A stretch of DNA of 64,000 nucleotides from Heterodontus francisci (Eukaryota), in the NCBI RefSeq assembly GCF_036365525.1, contig NC_090421.1:7823133-7887132 (forward strand), read 5' to 3'. Under the pieces are notes generated by a model. That model saw nothing but the letters and a program-made list of their open reading frames with translations, did not search any database and was not told where the DNA came from. The position numbers were made by a program, and so were the translations under genes. Positions 1 through 12,919 of the stretch are shown here, in pieces; the first letter of the stretch is position 1; each line of letters starts with the position of its first letter.

Positions 1-689
1 CTAGGGGAACACTGAGCCTTTCCTGCCATTTTCCAAGGTCTTCCACCATCTTCCACATGGTGACCCAGGGAATTGGTGGTAAGTGGGGGATACAGGAGGG
101 AAATCTTCTGGGGATCTGGTTCCTGCTGCCCCACTGCCTTTCACATACAGTGGACAGGGAAGGAGTGATCAGTGGCAGTCTTGGATGGGACAGGAGGGAT
201 GGAAAATCCCAGTCGAGCGTGGATGGGCCTCACTGTCAGCACTTTCCCTCATTCTATGCTGTGATCCTTCCCAGAGTTCCAGTACTCTGAGAAAATGTAA
301 ACACTGCACTGTAGGTGAGCGAGCATTTGAAGGAGACAAATGGGCCACGTTTCTGGGTGGTACCAATGTTCCCTGTAAGCTGGGCGGGTGCGCAGCTGCT
401 CAGCAATCGGGTATGTGCCACGCAGGGGACAAACGGGCCACGCACAAGCTGCGGTCTCTTTAAGATGCCCAGCTGTGCTGCGATCTTAAAGGGACCACGC
501 AGTGCAACAAACAGCCCACAAAGGGGAATTAAAGGGAACGAGACCCTTCCCCCAGAAGACTATCACCACGCGTTGCTTTTCCTGTTGCTCTCAGGTACTC
601 CCAGGCTAGGTTTGGTTTCATTATCTGAACCCGTTGATCAATGCAATCCCTCCTATATCTTTGACTAATATACTGAGGTTTGGTTGTCA

Positions 690-1290
690 TCCTTCCATCT
701 ATGAAAGATGGACAGGCAGCAAACAATACATTTAGGTGGGGTGTCTTCTCTTGCTGCACCTTTGCTGATGGCTGTGAAGACCAATCCTTGAGAGGCAGGT
801 TCTGCTACAAGTGCCGCACATGAAGCTGCCAAGTGATGCTGTGAGTTGTTTTTGACCTTGGTGCCTGTTGCCAAGCTGCTATAACAACTGGTCGTCATGG
901 TAGTGCACACCAGATGTGTCGCCATTTCCCTTTCACCAGCTAGTGACTCCCAGGTGCGATAGTCGACATTTAGGGCCTTCATGTCACGCTTGCAAGCATC
1001 CTTGAAGCGGAGCATTGGGCTCCCCACTGGTCCTCTGGCCCCAGCTACCTCACCATACAGAAGGTCCTTGGGTATGCGATCATCTTCCATCCTGTGGATG
1101 TGTCCAATCCACCAAAGCCGCCTCTGTTTGATTAGTGCCAACACACTTGGGAGCTCTGCCTTTGAGAAGACTGCTGCATTTGTGATTTTGTTCTGCCAGG
1201 ATATACCCATAATGTGCTGCAGACAGTGAAGATGGAAATTATTGAGCATCTTTTCCTGGTAGCTGTAACTCGTCCGTGTTTCACAGCCTA
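690..1290 (-). mobile_element. RTE-clade LINE 3' fragment
   Basis: QRRLWWIGHIHRMEDDRIPKDLLYGE...RFKDACKRDMK. Confidence 0.85.
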
Positions 1291-1679
1291 TGTTTCACAC
1301 ACTGATATACGCCCTTTTAAATAAGGGGTCTTAATCCAGTGCCAGGAAGCCTTTTCCTGTGCACTCTGACTATGGTTCCCTCGAGCTCCATTCTCTTCTC
1401 ACCCAGATGTTGTTCACAATAACGTAGAAAAAGTAATTCAACATACAAACTAAATGTTTTGTATGTATTAAATGTAAAATAAATACTGGCACATGTGCAG
1501 GTGGATAGCCCAGTCTAAAATACAGATAAGCCTGGGACCAACTGAGTACAATTCATTCGTACAAACCCGAACTGTGGTTGTATGAAACCCCTGGTATTTT
1601 AATGGGGGCAGTGCCTAATTTTTAAAGTAAACACGTGGCATTAGGAAGAGACACCAATGTATGATTTGGTAATGATGGC

Positions 1680-2110
1680 CACACAGTGAGGGGCAAGGGG
1701 TCACCTCCTGTGAGCCCAGTTTCCATCAAAGCCAGGATGTCCATGTATTGTCCATGATTGTTGATCCATTGACAGTGTTCAAGGGGGAAGTGGTAGGCAG
1801 GATGGGAAGGAGAGATTAGCCCCCAGTGGACAAACTGGATGGGAAGGTCAGTGAGAGATGAGGATAGGGCAGTTGGGATTACTATTTGTAAGAAGGCAGT
1901 GACAATGCCTCAATGGTTCATTTGGAGAATGCTGAGAGAGGGACTGGAGGGTAACTGTGGGCTTATCGAAGCAGAATTCAAGCCTGCAGAGTCCAAAGGC
2001 AAAGGAGTAGTGATAGGTTGGGATTGGGGGAGGGGAGATATTAAAGGTGGCATGACTGGGGGGGGGGGGGGGTTAACAAGAAGGAGAGGAGACCAGAGAG
2101 AAGAGCCCAA
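1680..2110 (-). mobile_element. Decayed L2-like LINE endonuclease-region fragment
   Basis: Minus strand resembles DILALTETW...D endonuclease N-terminus; degenerate. Confidence 0.4.
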
Positions 2111-2207
2111 GAGGTAAGAAAAGGAAAGTAGAGGTAATGGGCTTGGGTCCGGAGCTGCAGCCAAAGTATGCAAGTGAATGGCCACAGAGAATTCAGGCTA
2201 CATAGAT

Positions 2208-2510
2208 CATAAGAACGTAAGAAATAGGAGCAGGAGTTGGTCATTCGGTTCTTCGGGCCTGTTCCACCATTCTATAAGATCATGGCTGATCTTTTACCTC
2301 GACTCCACTTTCCTGCACTATCCCCATAATCCCTTAATTTCCTTACTATCCAAAAAGCTATCTATCCCAGTCTTGAATATACTCAATGACTGAGCTTCCA
2401 CAGCCCTCTGGAGTAGAGAATTCCAAAGATTCACAACCCTCTGGAGAAATTTCTCCTCATCTCAGTTCTAAATGGCCAACGACTGTGACCCTGTGTTCTA
2501 GTTTTCCCAA
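2208..2510 (-). mobile_element. CR1 3' fragment
   Basis: CATAAGAA tail, AGGAGCAGGAG 3'UTR, GAATTCCAAAGATTCACAACCCTCTG. Confidence 0.75.
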
Positions 2511-3711
2511 TAAGAACATAAGAAATAAACAGGGGAGGGATTAGGAGAGTCATTTCCTCATTGTAAACATAAGACAGGAAGGTGATGATATAAGAGAGTC
2601 CAAAGTGAAGGTCTGGGGTTCTGTGGTGGGATGAAGTTGACTTGTCGACAAAGTGGAGTCAGCTGGGAGCATCGACAAACCAACGTCTGGATTCAGAGTT
2701 AGTTGTGAAGGAGCGATTTGAGGGGCAGAGTGCCAGTGGAAACAGAGGGCTGAGAACAGGTGGAGCGTCAGCCATGAGCCAGCAGAGGTTGATCCAGGGG
2801 CAAGACATGAATGCTGGGGAATGGAAGACTTTCCATTTTGAGCATCAAGCCCTCCCAGGTCAGGTACTGCACATTTCGATACAGGGTAAAACTCTCTACT
2901 CTGCCCCAGCAATGTGTTTGAGACCCAACTACAGGAGAATACCCTGTATTGTTACACTTTTCCATTTCCCACCGTAATGCCCTGTGGCCTCTGAGTGCTC
3001 ATTCGGACAAAATTAGTGACCGTTTTATCAAAAGAATCAGCTCCATTTATAATACAAGTCCATCAACAGAATGCTAGAGACAGAGGAACAGGGTTAGAAA
3101 TTCAGCCCCTCGAGTTTGTTCCGTTATTCAATTAGACAATGGCCAATCTGAGAACTCGTCGTTAACTGACAGTGTTATCTCCGCCCACACTGAAAGCAAA
3201 TGTAGGGACATGAGAACATTGAACTTGCAAGTTCACATTTGACTTGAATTATTTCAGTGAGTGTTATTAATCCTTTAATTTGAGGATTACTTAAGTGCCA
3301 AGATCACTATTAATAGCCATGCCCACTCGGAACTGGATTGAGACTGTCTGTACTCAGCAGAGGCTGTGTTTAACCTGCTATTGCAGATGACAGTAACCTG
3401 TGGACACCTGTTATCTTACACTTTTGTAAGATAGCTAGTGGGTATGAATTGTTTCCATGTGAACATGTTCACAAGTAGAATATATCCCAGTGTCAAATGC
3501 CTAATGTACCAAACTAACACTGGTGTAAAAGCACCAGCAGAAGTGACCTTTATAACAGTGTTTTCCAGTTAGTCCTGTTGACACAACTCTCACATGGTGT
3601 ACAATACAAATATGATCTGCTTTTTTGTTTTTATTTCAACAAGGGCTGTGACTGGTAAGTGGGACATGAGCATTGTTAAACTGAAGTACACCTACTTCTT
3701 TTCCTACCCAG

Positions 3712-3876
3712 GAAATCCGTGAGCTGCAGGCCCAGATCAAGAACACTGCTGTTACTGTGGAGGTTGACACCAACCGTAATCTGGACCTTTCCAGCATCAT
3801 CAATGATGTCCGTGCTCAGTATGAAGGAATGCTGGTTAAAGTTCGCCAAGACACTGCGCTCTCATGGGAAAGCAAG
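3712..3876 (+). CDS. Keratin gene A exon 5
   Basis: cag|GAAATCCGT...AGCAAG|gtaag, 165 bp, [38 protein letters not shown]. Confidence 0.92.
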
Positions 3877-6800
3877 GTAAGGCTTGGCTTACTCTGTCAA
3901 AGAGTAAGTACCTCCATTTGGAGGTTCTAGGATGCTGTGATTAACAGAGAAAGGGAAAAAACCTATTAGCATCTGGCATGGACATAAATATTGAACTCCA
4001 AAGCGAAATATCTTGACCAATAGGGCTGGATTTTGTTTTCACAGAGGCGGGCAAACAAAATGGCAGCCCGCACGCCGCTGCAATCTTCAGCCTGGTGGCT
4101 CATTACAATATGCAGGATAGCTCCTGCCCCCTCCTCTCCCCCTCTTCTCTCACCCTCTTTTCCCTCCTCTTTCCTCCCTTCCCTCCCCACCCCCCTCCTC
4201 TTTCCTCCCTTCCCTCTCCCCCCTAATCACGTGCCTGGGGCGGCCTCAGTTACGCCATGAATGGTGTCCCTGAGACAGGAGCTGCTGCCATTTTTAAAAG
4301 GCTGCCAACCGTGCAGAATGTTGAATCTATAAATTATTGGCCCCTCCCGACCCCTATGCACAACATGCACAGTTGACGGCCCCTCTCAGACAAATCGTGC
4401 CCCTTCACGAAACAAGTGTGCAGGATTCCCCACCACCCGCAAAGATGGATGCAGAATTCCAAACCCCCTCAGGAGATTTAATTTGGCTTTGCTCAAAAAC
4501 ACAGGAGAGCAGCACAGTCCTTCCCGGCCTTCACAGGCTCCGAGGGCTTTCGCCTCGGTGGCGCTGGCTTTTCTAGCACGGCAAACTGAAGGCACGTAAG
4601 TGCCGCATGTCTACCTGAAGATCAGTAACTGCTGGTTGGATCGTGACAGGGCACGTGGAAATATATGCAGATAGCTGTTTAACATATGCTAAATCGGGTC
4701 CCGTTGCAGAATGGCGGAGGGGCCACCACGGAGCTTCCCCACTGCCGGGAAGATCGGGCCTGGTATTCCCTATGTCTGGCTCTAAAGCGGGCTGCTGCTG
4801 CTCCAATCATCCGGCCCCCCCCCCACCACGGAACCTGACGCTGGGTGGGAGGACAAGATTCAGCCCATAGTGTGGGAGAGTCTCCTGCACATAACATTTG
4901 TACTTTTGGCGAATGTCATGCAGTATAATTTCAACCAACTTTACAATTATATCTCACCTATTATACAGCCCAGAAGGAGGCCATTTGGCCCATCTTGCCG
5001 GGGCCAGCTCTTGGAAAGAGCTAGCCAATTAATTCCACTCCCCTACTCTTTCCCCGGAGCTCTCCAAGTTGTTTTCCTTTTCAAGTAAATACCCAATTGC
5101 CTTTTGAAAGTTACTATAGAATCTACTTCTACTACCCCTTTTCAGACAGCACATTCCAGATCAGAACAACTCATTGTGAAAATTCTCCTCATTTGCCTTC
5201 TGGCTCTTTTGCAACTTCCCTTAAATCCGTGTCCTCTTGTTACCAACCCTCCTGCTTGAAGAAATAGTTTCTACTTACTTACTCTATTTGAACCCCAAGA
5301 TCAAAACTTTTCCATTGGGTGTGAGTCGGTGGCTGGGCGCAGGGGTGACAAAACATCCCCTTGCAGTTTTAGTTGACAGGTCAGAGTGAGTACATTCAAA
5401 AATCCCAAACGAGAAATTCCATTCTGCACTCACGTCAACTTCTGTGCTAAAATTATGAACCGAATAAATTTGATCCTCTGGGAGATCAGTTTAGATCCCA
5501 AGCCATTGACATTAGAAAGTAGCATTTTGCCTGCAGAATAGCCATTTCAAGTGCTTATTCATTTCAACATAAGGCCCCACATAATTGTAACTCGTGGCCC
5601 TGAAGTTCTGTGCAGGTTGTTCAACTTTCCACTCACACTCTGGTCGGAGACTGCTCCGAGCCCTGACATAACCCAGGTCTGTGCGATTTCCCTGTGGATT
5701 GCAGCACTGATGTCCTGCTCCGAGGTAAATCCCATTTTGCTTGATAAACCCCTTTCCATTTCAAAGTCTTCGAAAATGTTGCAAAGCTATTTGTCTTGAC
5801 AATGTAGAGCCTCACCCACTGAGTCAAAAATACCGAATTTCTTGTGTATCCCAAGATGATAACCCACTGTGCTGTACTCTCATGAGAATGGTATTTTGTA
5901 AAATGATGACGTGCAGCCACTCCACTCTCCTCTTTCTCCTTCCTGCATTCTTGTTATGTTGAAACCGAGACGCATCACAGAATCTCCTACTCTAATTCAT
6001 GATATAGAATTAACAGCACAGAAACGGGCCATTTGGCCCAACTGCTTTATGCTCCACATAAGCCTCCTCCCTACCCATCTTCAGATGATCCTATCCGCAT
6101 AAGCTTCGAGTCCTTTCGCTTTCATTTAATTCTCAAGCTTCCCTTGAGATACATCTACTGCTCCCAGTGGTAGTGTGTTCCACATTCTCACCACTCTCTA
6201 GGTCAAAGAAGTTTCTTCTGAATTTTATTGGTGACTATCTTGAAGTTATGAAGATAAATTAGAGAAGTTTATTTTATTTTTTCCTTGGAGGAAAAAAAGG
6301 TTGAGAGGTGATTTGATAGAGGTATTCAAAATCATGAGGGGTCTGGACAGAGTAGATAGAGAGAAACTGTTCCCACTCGTGAAAGGATCGAGAATGAGAG
6401 GGCACAGATTTAGATTGACAAAAGAAGCAAAAGTGACACGAGGAAAAACTTTTTCACACAGCGAGTGGTTAAGGTCTGGAATGTGCTGCCCAAGAACGTG
6501 GTGGAGGCAGGTTCAGTTAAAGCATTCAAAAGGGAATTAGACAGTTATCTGAAAAGGAAGAATGTGCAGGGTTACAGGGAAAAGGTGAGGGAATGGAACG
6601 AAGTGAATTGCTCATTTGGAGAGCTGGTGCGCAGACAATGGGCCGAATAGCTGCCTTCTGTGCTGTAACAACTCTGATTCTGTGAGATGGAAACATCTTC
6701 TGTCTACCGTATCGAACCCTTACATAATCTTAAAGACCTCTGTCAGGTCACCCCTCAGCCTGTTCAATCTGTCCTGATGGGTATAACCCCTCAGTTCTGG

Positions 6801-9800
6801 TATCATCCTTGTAAATTTGCAATTTCTTTCCCATGACCAGAACTCCGTGCCTCCGTCAGTTTTATCCTCATACAATCCAAAATCAGAGCTTCCTGATTTA
6901 CAGCATCTTCTCACCTACCTTTTTTTTTTAAATCAACCTTGATAGGATCCTGTACTAAGGCAGATGAAAAGGGAAAACACAACTGCAATTTGGAAATCAA
7001 CAGATAATGAGGGTCCATCACTGTCTGTAAAGAGCGAAATATGTTAATGTTTGGGGTGTAGGCCCATCGTCAGAACTGTCTACAATGGCTTCTTGAAGGG
7101 ATGGTTTGGGCTCCTTTAAAAAAAATGATTGAATTTTATGTTAATAATCATTCTCCATTTTAGTTCAATGATATGAAGAAAAATTCTGGAAAATATGCAG
7201 ATGAGATTCGTATTGTGAAGACTGAAATTTCAGACATGCAAAGACAAATCGGAAGACTAACCTCTGAAATCCAGGCTTTGAAGCAACAAGTAAGATCTCT
7301 TTGCAGAGGATTGAAATTCTTAAGTTGTTGCTTTACATTTGTTGTAAATGCTGCACACCCCCCCCCCCCCCCCCCCCCCCTGCAATTACTTTCACCCCTC
7401 TTCGAAAGGTGATGGCTCTGTGGTTCCACAGGTGCCGGCTGCCCTCCAGCACCACAGTCAAGTGGCCAAGTTTCATGTTTGGCCTTTACATGGACCATTT
7501 TGATGACCATCTCAATGGATTTGAAATCATTGGAAAGGACGATTGTGCGGGGTGTGTAAACGGGCAGCCAATCTGTTAACGCTCATTTTCCGCTACTGCT
7601 GAACGTTAAAATTAGCCCTACAGCCTTTCCAGCAGGAGTCGCTGAACAACAGAGCAGGAATGGGAGCTCTGGCTGATTGTTCCTCCTCTGATCTAGGGGT
7701 CAATTTGAGGATAGCTGACTTAGCACAGACCACGGACTAAACCTGGAACCTTCCTGGTCTGTATGGCTCAGTTCCACACTACCAGGTGCACTTATAACTG
7801 GAACAAATTGACCAAGGAGGAGGGAAGAGCCAAGTTAAGACATTTCTACCATTTATACATGGGGGACTGTGATGTCATGGTCTTTATTTTTAGTGAACTA
7901 TGAATTTTGTGAAAACAATTTTATGAATTTAAAATTGGCAAAGGTCATTGCCACGAACTGCCATTTTATTTTTAATAAAGCGAAGAAATGTACTTGTAGG
8001 GAAAAAGGAGAACTGGCAGAGTAAACTAACCTGGGTTACTCTGGTGTCCTTACTACTGACTAACTAAGAGGATACTGGCAGAGACCAATCAGTTTCCTAT
8101 CTTCTAGCTCAAGGAATGGGAGCAGAGCATGGGAGTGGAAAATGAGTAAAGATGGGGGGAGGAATTATTAAAGACTTGCATTTCTATAGCACCTTTCACA
8201 ACTTCAGGGCATCCCAAAGTGCTTTACAGCCAATGAGGTACTTTTTGAAGTGTAGTCACTGTTGTAATGTAGGAAATGCAGCAGCCAATTTGTGCACAGC
8301 AAGATCCCACAAGCAGCAATGTGTCAATGAGCAGATAATCTGTTTTAGTGATGTTGATTGAGGGATTAATATTGGCCAGGACACAGGGGAGAACTCCCCT
8401 ACTGTTCAAAATAGTGCCGTGGGATCTTTTCCATCCACCCGAGGGCGGACGGGACCTCTCCAAAAGGCAGCACCTCCAAAAGTGCAGCTGTCCCTCAATA
8501 CTGCACTGGAGTGTCCAGTGCTTAGGTCCTGGACTGGGCCTTGAACCCACAATCGCTTGACTCGGGCGAGTGTGCTAACAACTGAGCCACAGCTGACGTG
8601 CAGTGATTGTGTTCCCCATCACAAAAGAATTCCTATTGCTTTATGCATGTGCTAATTAGAAGTTGTTGCAAATGTGTTCATTTTTGTTAAAATGGTGCAC
8701 GTACATTAGTGAAGCGAAGGGCTCTCCGCAATGCTAATTATCAGTTCAGAACATAGGAACAGAGGAGACCATTCAGCTCTTTGAGCCTATTCTGCTGTTC
8801 AATTAGATTATGGTTGAGCAGTATCTTAACTCCAACTACCCAACTTGGTTCTGGGACCCTTAATACCCCTGCCTCTCAAATCTATTCATCTCCGCTCTGA
8901 AATTTTTCATTGAACCCCAGCCTCATTCGCTTTTTGGGGGAGGGAGTTGCAGAATTCCAATACCCTTTATGTGACGATGTTCTTCCTGACATCTCTTCTG
9001 AATGGCCTGGCTCTAATTTTAAGGTTATGCCCCCTTGTTCTGGATTCCCCCACCAGAGGAAATAGTTTCTCTCCATCAAATCCTAAGTTGGGGCATTGGT
9101 TCACTTAACACTGACGGTTTTCCATACGTTACAGAAAGAGCACCTGGAGGCAGCGATTGCAGAGGCGGAGGAACGCGGGGAGATGGCCCTTGTGGAAGCT
9201 AAGAAACGCATCACCGAGATACAGGAAGCCATAGAGCAGGCTAACAAGGAAATGATCCGCCAAGTGCGCGAGTACCAGGACTTGATGAGCACTAAGCTTG
9301 CCCTGGACATCGAAATTGCCACCTACAGAAAACTGCTTGAAGGAGAAGAGAGCAGGTTAGTACACTGAGCACCCCTTGATCTGGATTAGTTCAAATTTCG
9401 AGAAGGCTGCATTCAGGGAGCGAGTTCCAGATTTCTGAGACCCTTTGTGTGGAAAAAGTGCTTCCTGATTTTCCTCTGAAATGACCTACCCCTCATTAAG
9501 ATCATCTCCCCTTGTTCTTGCTTCTCCCACCAGAGAAAATAAGTTTCTCTATAACCTACCCTGTTGTACTTATAAGGTTTTAAGTACCTCGATCAGATCA
9601 CCTCCCGATCTCCTATATTCAAGGGAATACAAACCAAGTTTATGTAACCTCTCCTAATAATTTAACCCTCCAAGCTTTGGTATCATTTGCCCTCTGGAAA
9701 ACACCTATCGCCTCACTAAAATGCAGAAACCTAGAAATTACTGTTGACGATATTAATGGACAGACTGTGCTCATGTCAAACGACATTCTTTTCTCTGCAA

Positions 9801-12558
9801 CTTTCGTCGAGGTATTAACCCTACATGTTAACACCTACGTTAAATTATCAGACCAATGGATAGCATATGATCAGGGAGATTGACAATCAACATCCAGAAA
9901 CCTTTTGGTCTTTCTTACTGGACATCAGAATGAAATCACATCAATTTGGTAGATCTTTAGCAGGTCAGCATTGATGGCCATGTTAAAAACCCAATGCATC
10001 TGAATGTTTTACTTTAAAGTAATATTCTGGGTTCATTTAGCAGAGATGCGATAAGCCGAGAAAATTATTCCCCAGTCACACAGGTGGAGCCTGAGGTCAA
10101 AATTGAAATTGTTGTAAAACAAACTTAAAACAAACTTAAAACAAAGTGCGTAAGGAAATGCCTCCTACTAGTGGATGGTAGAATGCCTGGCAAGGTATTT
10201 CCAGGCAAGGTAGTGGGAGACGATGGCCAGGAAATCTCCTCAGAGCTGCTCTCTCTCTGCTACTGTAACTTCACCTGGTGTGCAGTGGAAACTCTGTTTA
10301 CACCGCCCTTGCAGCAAAGTTATGGCATATGGAGCGGGAGAAACTCTGAGGAAATCCCTGACCTAAGAGATTAAGGCCATTCAAAGTACAGTTGAATCCT
10401 GCACTAGCGTAGGATAATAGAGGGTGTGAGCTTTCTCGTACCTTTTAGTCATTCTTGACTATTCCTGTGTGCGTATGTTCATTGCAGTTAACACTAGTGT
10501 CTCTGATTTCAGGCTGTCGACACCAGTGAATGTGACCTATCACCAATCAATGAAAAGTAAGAGAACTGCTCAGTTATTTCAGTTACAAGATCAATTTCAT
10601 GAAGAACAAGATACATTTTTACCTGCCTGATGTGGTCCGAAAGACTCTGATCATTCTCCTATCTGTAACCAGGGCTGGGATGGGGTGCTACATGGAGTGT
10701 GGGGGTTGGGGTGGGTCTTTGTGCGCCTAGGTCAAAAAGTGGTAGGGGTTAGGGAGGGGGCAGGGTTGCTGCCAAATCAGCTTTGTCCTTGTTGATTAAC
10801 CAGCGACCCCTTCTGGACAGTGCTCAAGTCCAGACAATCGGGGGCAATTTTTAAATTTGGGTGTTATCAAATTGGTCATCCATTAGATATTCTGCCCAAA
10901 TTTACTTTCCATTGACTTCAATGGACAGGAAAATAGGCCACGATCTATAAAAGGCAACAAATTTAAAACCAAAGATAAAATTACCCCCCCCCCCCCCCCC
11001 CCAATCATTGAGGAGAGAGAGATTCAAGCTGGGCTATGATGTTTTCCACCCCCACCCCCCAACCACTCCTACCCCTACAGTAAAATGGCTTGTTAGCATT
11101 CACTGAGGCTCACATATGAAGACTGGCCACTTTGGCCAGGTATGGAGTGGCATCATGCCTCAACATCTTCAGAATAAATGGTGAGAAAATTGGGGTGTGG
11201 AAAAGCAAGCGACAGCCGAAGATAGTGTAAAAATAATGTGAAAGCCCTGATAACTTGAGAATTATGGCTATGGGCCTATGTATGCCTATTTTGATTGTTT
11301 TCCCTTAATAGGTTCATAATCTATGGTATAAAACATGTCTTGCTTTGTTGTGCTAAGTATTTTTCTTTGGGCTGTGAGTTCAGCCAGAGACACTCCATTG
11401 CCCTCTAGCCCAGTGGTACTCCAAATACAACCAGGAACTCTTGGTGGCTTCCTCCCCTTGGCTGCAGTCCTCCAGCAGACCTGCTCTTTGACTTGCCTTT
11501 GGACCTCTGTGAATTGCCTGCCTAGCTGTAGGATGCCAACTGAACTGTGACCCAACACTATTTCATGGCCTTTCACTTGCTCCACAGCAAAAGGCAGCAA
11601 GGGAATGCTACGACAAGCAAAACAAGAACAACTTGCACTTAGTGCTGTTTAACATAGTAAAGCACCCCAAACAAAATATCACATCAAGCCCAAGCCACAA
11701 GAAGGTATTAGGACAGATGGCCAAAAGCTTGGTCAAAGAGGTAGGTTTTAAAGAGTGTCTTAAAGGAGGAGAGATTTAGTAAGGGAATTCTTGAGCATAG
11801 GAGCTAGGCAGCTAAAGGCACAGCTGCAGATGGTGGAGCGATTAAAATCGGGAATGTGCAAGAGGCCAGATTTGGAGGAGTGCAGAGATCTCGAAGGGTT
11901 GTAAGGCTGGAGAATGTTAGAGATGGAGATGAGGGACAAGGAGGTGGGGAGGGGGGGACCTACCCCTCATTAAGATCATCTCCCCTTGTTCTTGCTTCTC
12001 CCACCAGAGAAAATAAGTTTCTCTATAACCTACCCTGTTGTACTTATAAGGTTTTAAGTACCTCGATCAGATCACCTCCCGATCCCCTATATTCAAGGGA
12101 ATACAAACCAAGTTTATGTAACCTCTCTTGGCAACTGCACCCTGTTTGGACCGATCACGACCAGAGCCACAGTCCCCTTAATTTACCTGAGTAAAACATT
12201 GGTTGGGATTGACCCTTGACCAATCTGATGGACCGCACAAATGAATATCACAATTTTGACCCCCAACCCAGTACAGTTGCAGATCTGCACTGCATCAGTG
12301 TTTAATGTTGATCACACGTACTGCTTAGCACTTAGTATAATAAATTGGGAGATTAAGAAAGTTGCTTACATTCTTTCCTCACATTTTAAAATCTGTACCC
12401 ATTCAGCAGGTTCTGGATTTTCGCAGTTACAGGCCGAAAGCTCCAGCCGTGGTGGTGGGCTGGAAACGAGTGGAGTAAGCAGATCCCTTATTGTCAAGAC
12501 GATTGAAACCAAGGATGGCAAAACACTCTCAGAGTCCCCTTTTCATCCAAGAAAATGA
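3712..12558 (+). CDS. Type II keratin gene A (K8-like), 3' part: join(3712..3876,7164..7289,9135..9355,10513..10556,12407..12558); exons 1-4 lie upstream of the window
   Basis: GT-AG exons of 165/126/221 bp match canonical type II keratin exons 5-7. Canonical helix-termination motif [22 protein letters not shown]8-like tail [17 protein letters not shown]. Confidence 0.92.
4023..4866. mobile_element. Non-autonomous PIF/Harbinger-like DNA element in gene A intron 5
   Basis: Imperfect TIRs GGGCTGGATTTTGT / ACAAGATTCAGCCC; 3-bp TSD ATA on both sides. Confidence 0.6.
4960..5300 (-). mobile_element. CR1 3' fragment
   Basis: AGAAGGAGGCCATTTGGCCCATC tail and CR1 C-terminal remnants. Confidence 0.6.
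6010..6820. mobile_element. Nested CR1 3' fragments (minus ~6010-6240 and ~6690-6820; plus ~6250-6680)
   Basis: [24 protein letters not shown] on +; [11 protein letters not shown] on -. Confidence 0.7.
7164..7289 (+). CDS. Keratin gene A exon 6
   Basis: tag|TTC...CAA|gtaag, 126 bp, [42 protein letters not shown]. Confidence 0.92.
8170..8595 (-). mobile_element. Deu-domain tRNA-SINE with L2-like tail
   Basis: Reverse complement contains GGAGGTGCTGCCTTTTGGA...AAAGATCCCACGGCACTATT...TGTCCTGGCCAATATT. Confidence 0.7.
8750..9080 (-). mobile_element. CR1 3' fragment
   Basis: AGAACATAGGAAC tail; CCCCTTGTTCTGGATTCCCCCACCAGAGGAAATAGTTTCTC. Confidence 0.65.
9135..9355 (+). CDS. Keratin gene A exon 7 (coil 2B, helix termination)
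   Basis: cag|AAAGAG...AGCAG|gttag, 221 bp, ends [15 protein letters not shown]. Confidence 0.95.
9400..9670 (-). mobile_element. Decayed CR1 fragment (source of the 171-bp copy at 11957-12127)
   Basis: CR1 C-terminal remnants. Confidence 0.6.
10513..10556 (+). CDS. Keratin gene A exon 8
   Basis: cag|GCTGTCG...ATGAAAA|gtaag, 44 bp, phase-compatible with exons 7 and 9; [14 protein letters not shown]. Confidence 0.75.
11625..11950 (-). mobile_element. L2 LINE 3' fragment
   Basis: AAAAGCTTGGTCAAAGAGGTAGGTTTTAA...GGAATTC...CAGCTAAAGGCAC. Confidence 0.65.
12407..12558 (+). CDS. Keratin gene A exon 9 (tail, stop)
   Basis: Tandem cagCAG acceptor; [49 protein letters not shown]. Confidence 0.85.
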
Positions 12559-12729
12559 AGTACTTGTGTTTTACAAAGAGATGTGTCTGGTCATTTCAAT
12601 CATTTTTAATTTGAGTTTCAAATTTTGTTGGTTAAAATGTACCTCAAGACCTCATCAATGGGTCCTTTGAAGGATTTTGAAAATAAGGAATTATGAAGGA
12701 TTTTGCCCCATTCCTGGTGCCAAATATGA

Positions 12730-12735
12730 AATAAA
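12730..12735 (+). terminator. Likely polyadenylation signal of gene A
   Basis: AATAAA 172 bp after the stop, followed by T/GT-rich sequence. Confidence 0.55.
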
Positions 12736-12919
12736 GTTTGATAATACGAAACATATGTGATTACTGTTTTGAGTAATTTTTTTTTACAATTAACTCTCCT
12801 CAGAGGTCAGACGTCTTCACTCGTGTTTGGTAAACTGTAGCAGATCTGGACGTTCATCAATAGACAATCTCTTAGCAATTTCCTCAAAGAACTTGCTTTG
12901 GTTCCCCAGGTGACATAGT

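Noticed and set aside
364-541. Possible short hAT-like element (CAATGTTCCCT...AGGGAACG)
   Set aside because: The TIR match is short and incomplete, and no 8-bp TSD was found.
1-3711. Exons 3 and 4 of gene A
   Set aside because: No 61-bp YEDEIN-like or 96-bp DVD-like exon was found; they must lie upstream of the window.
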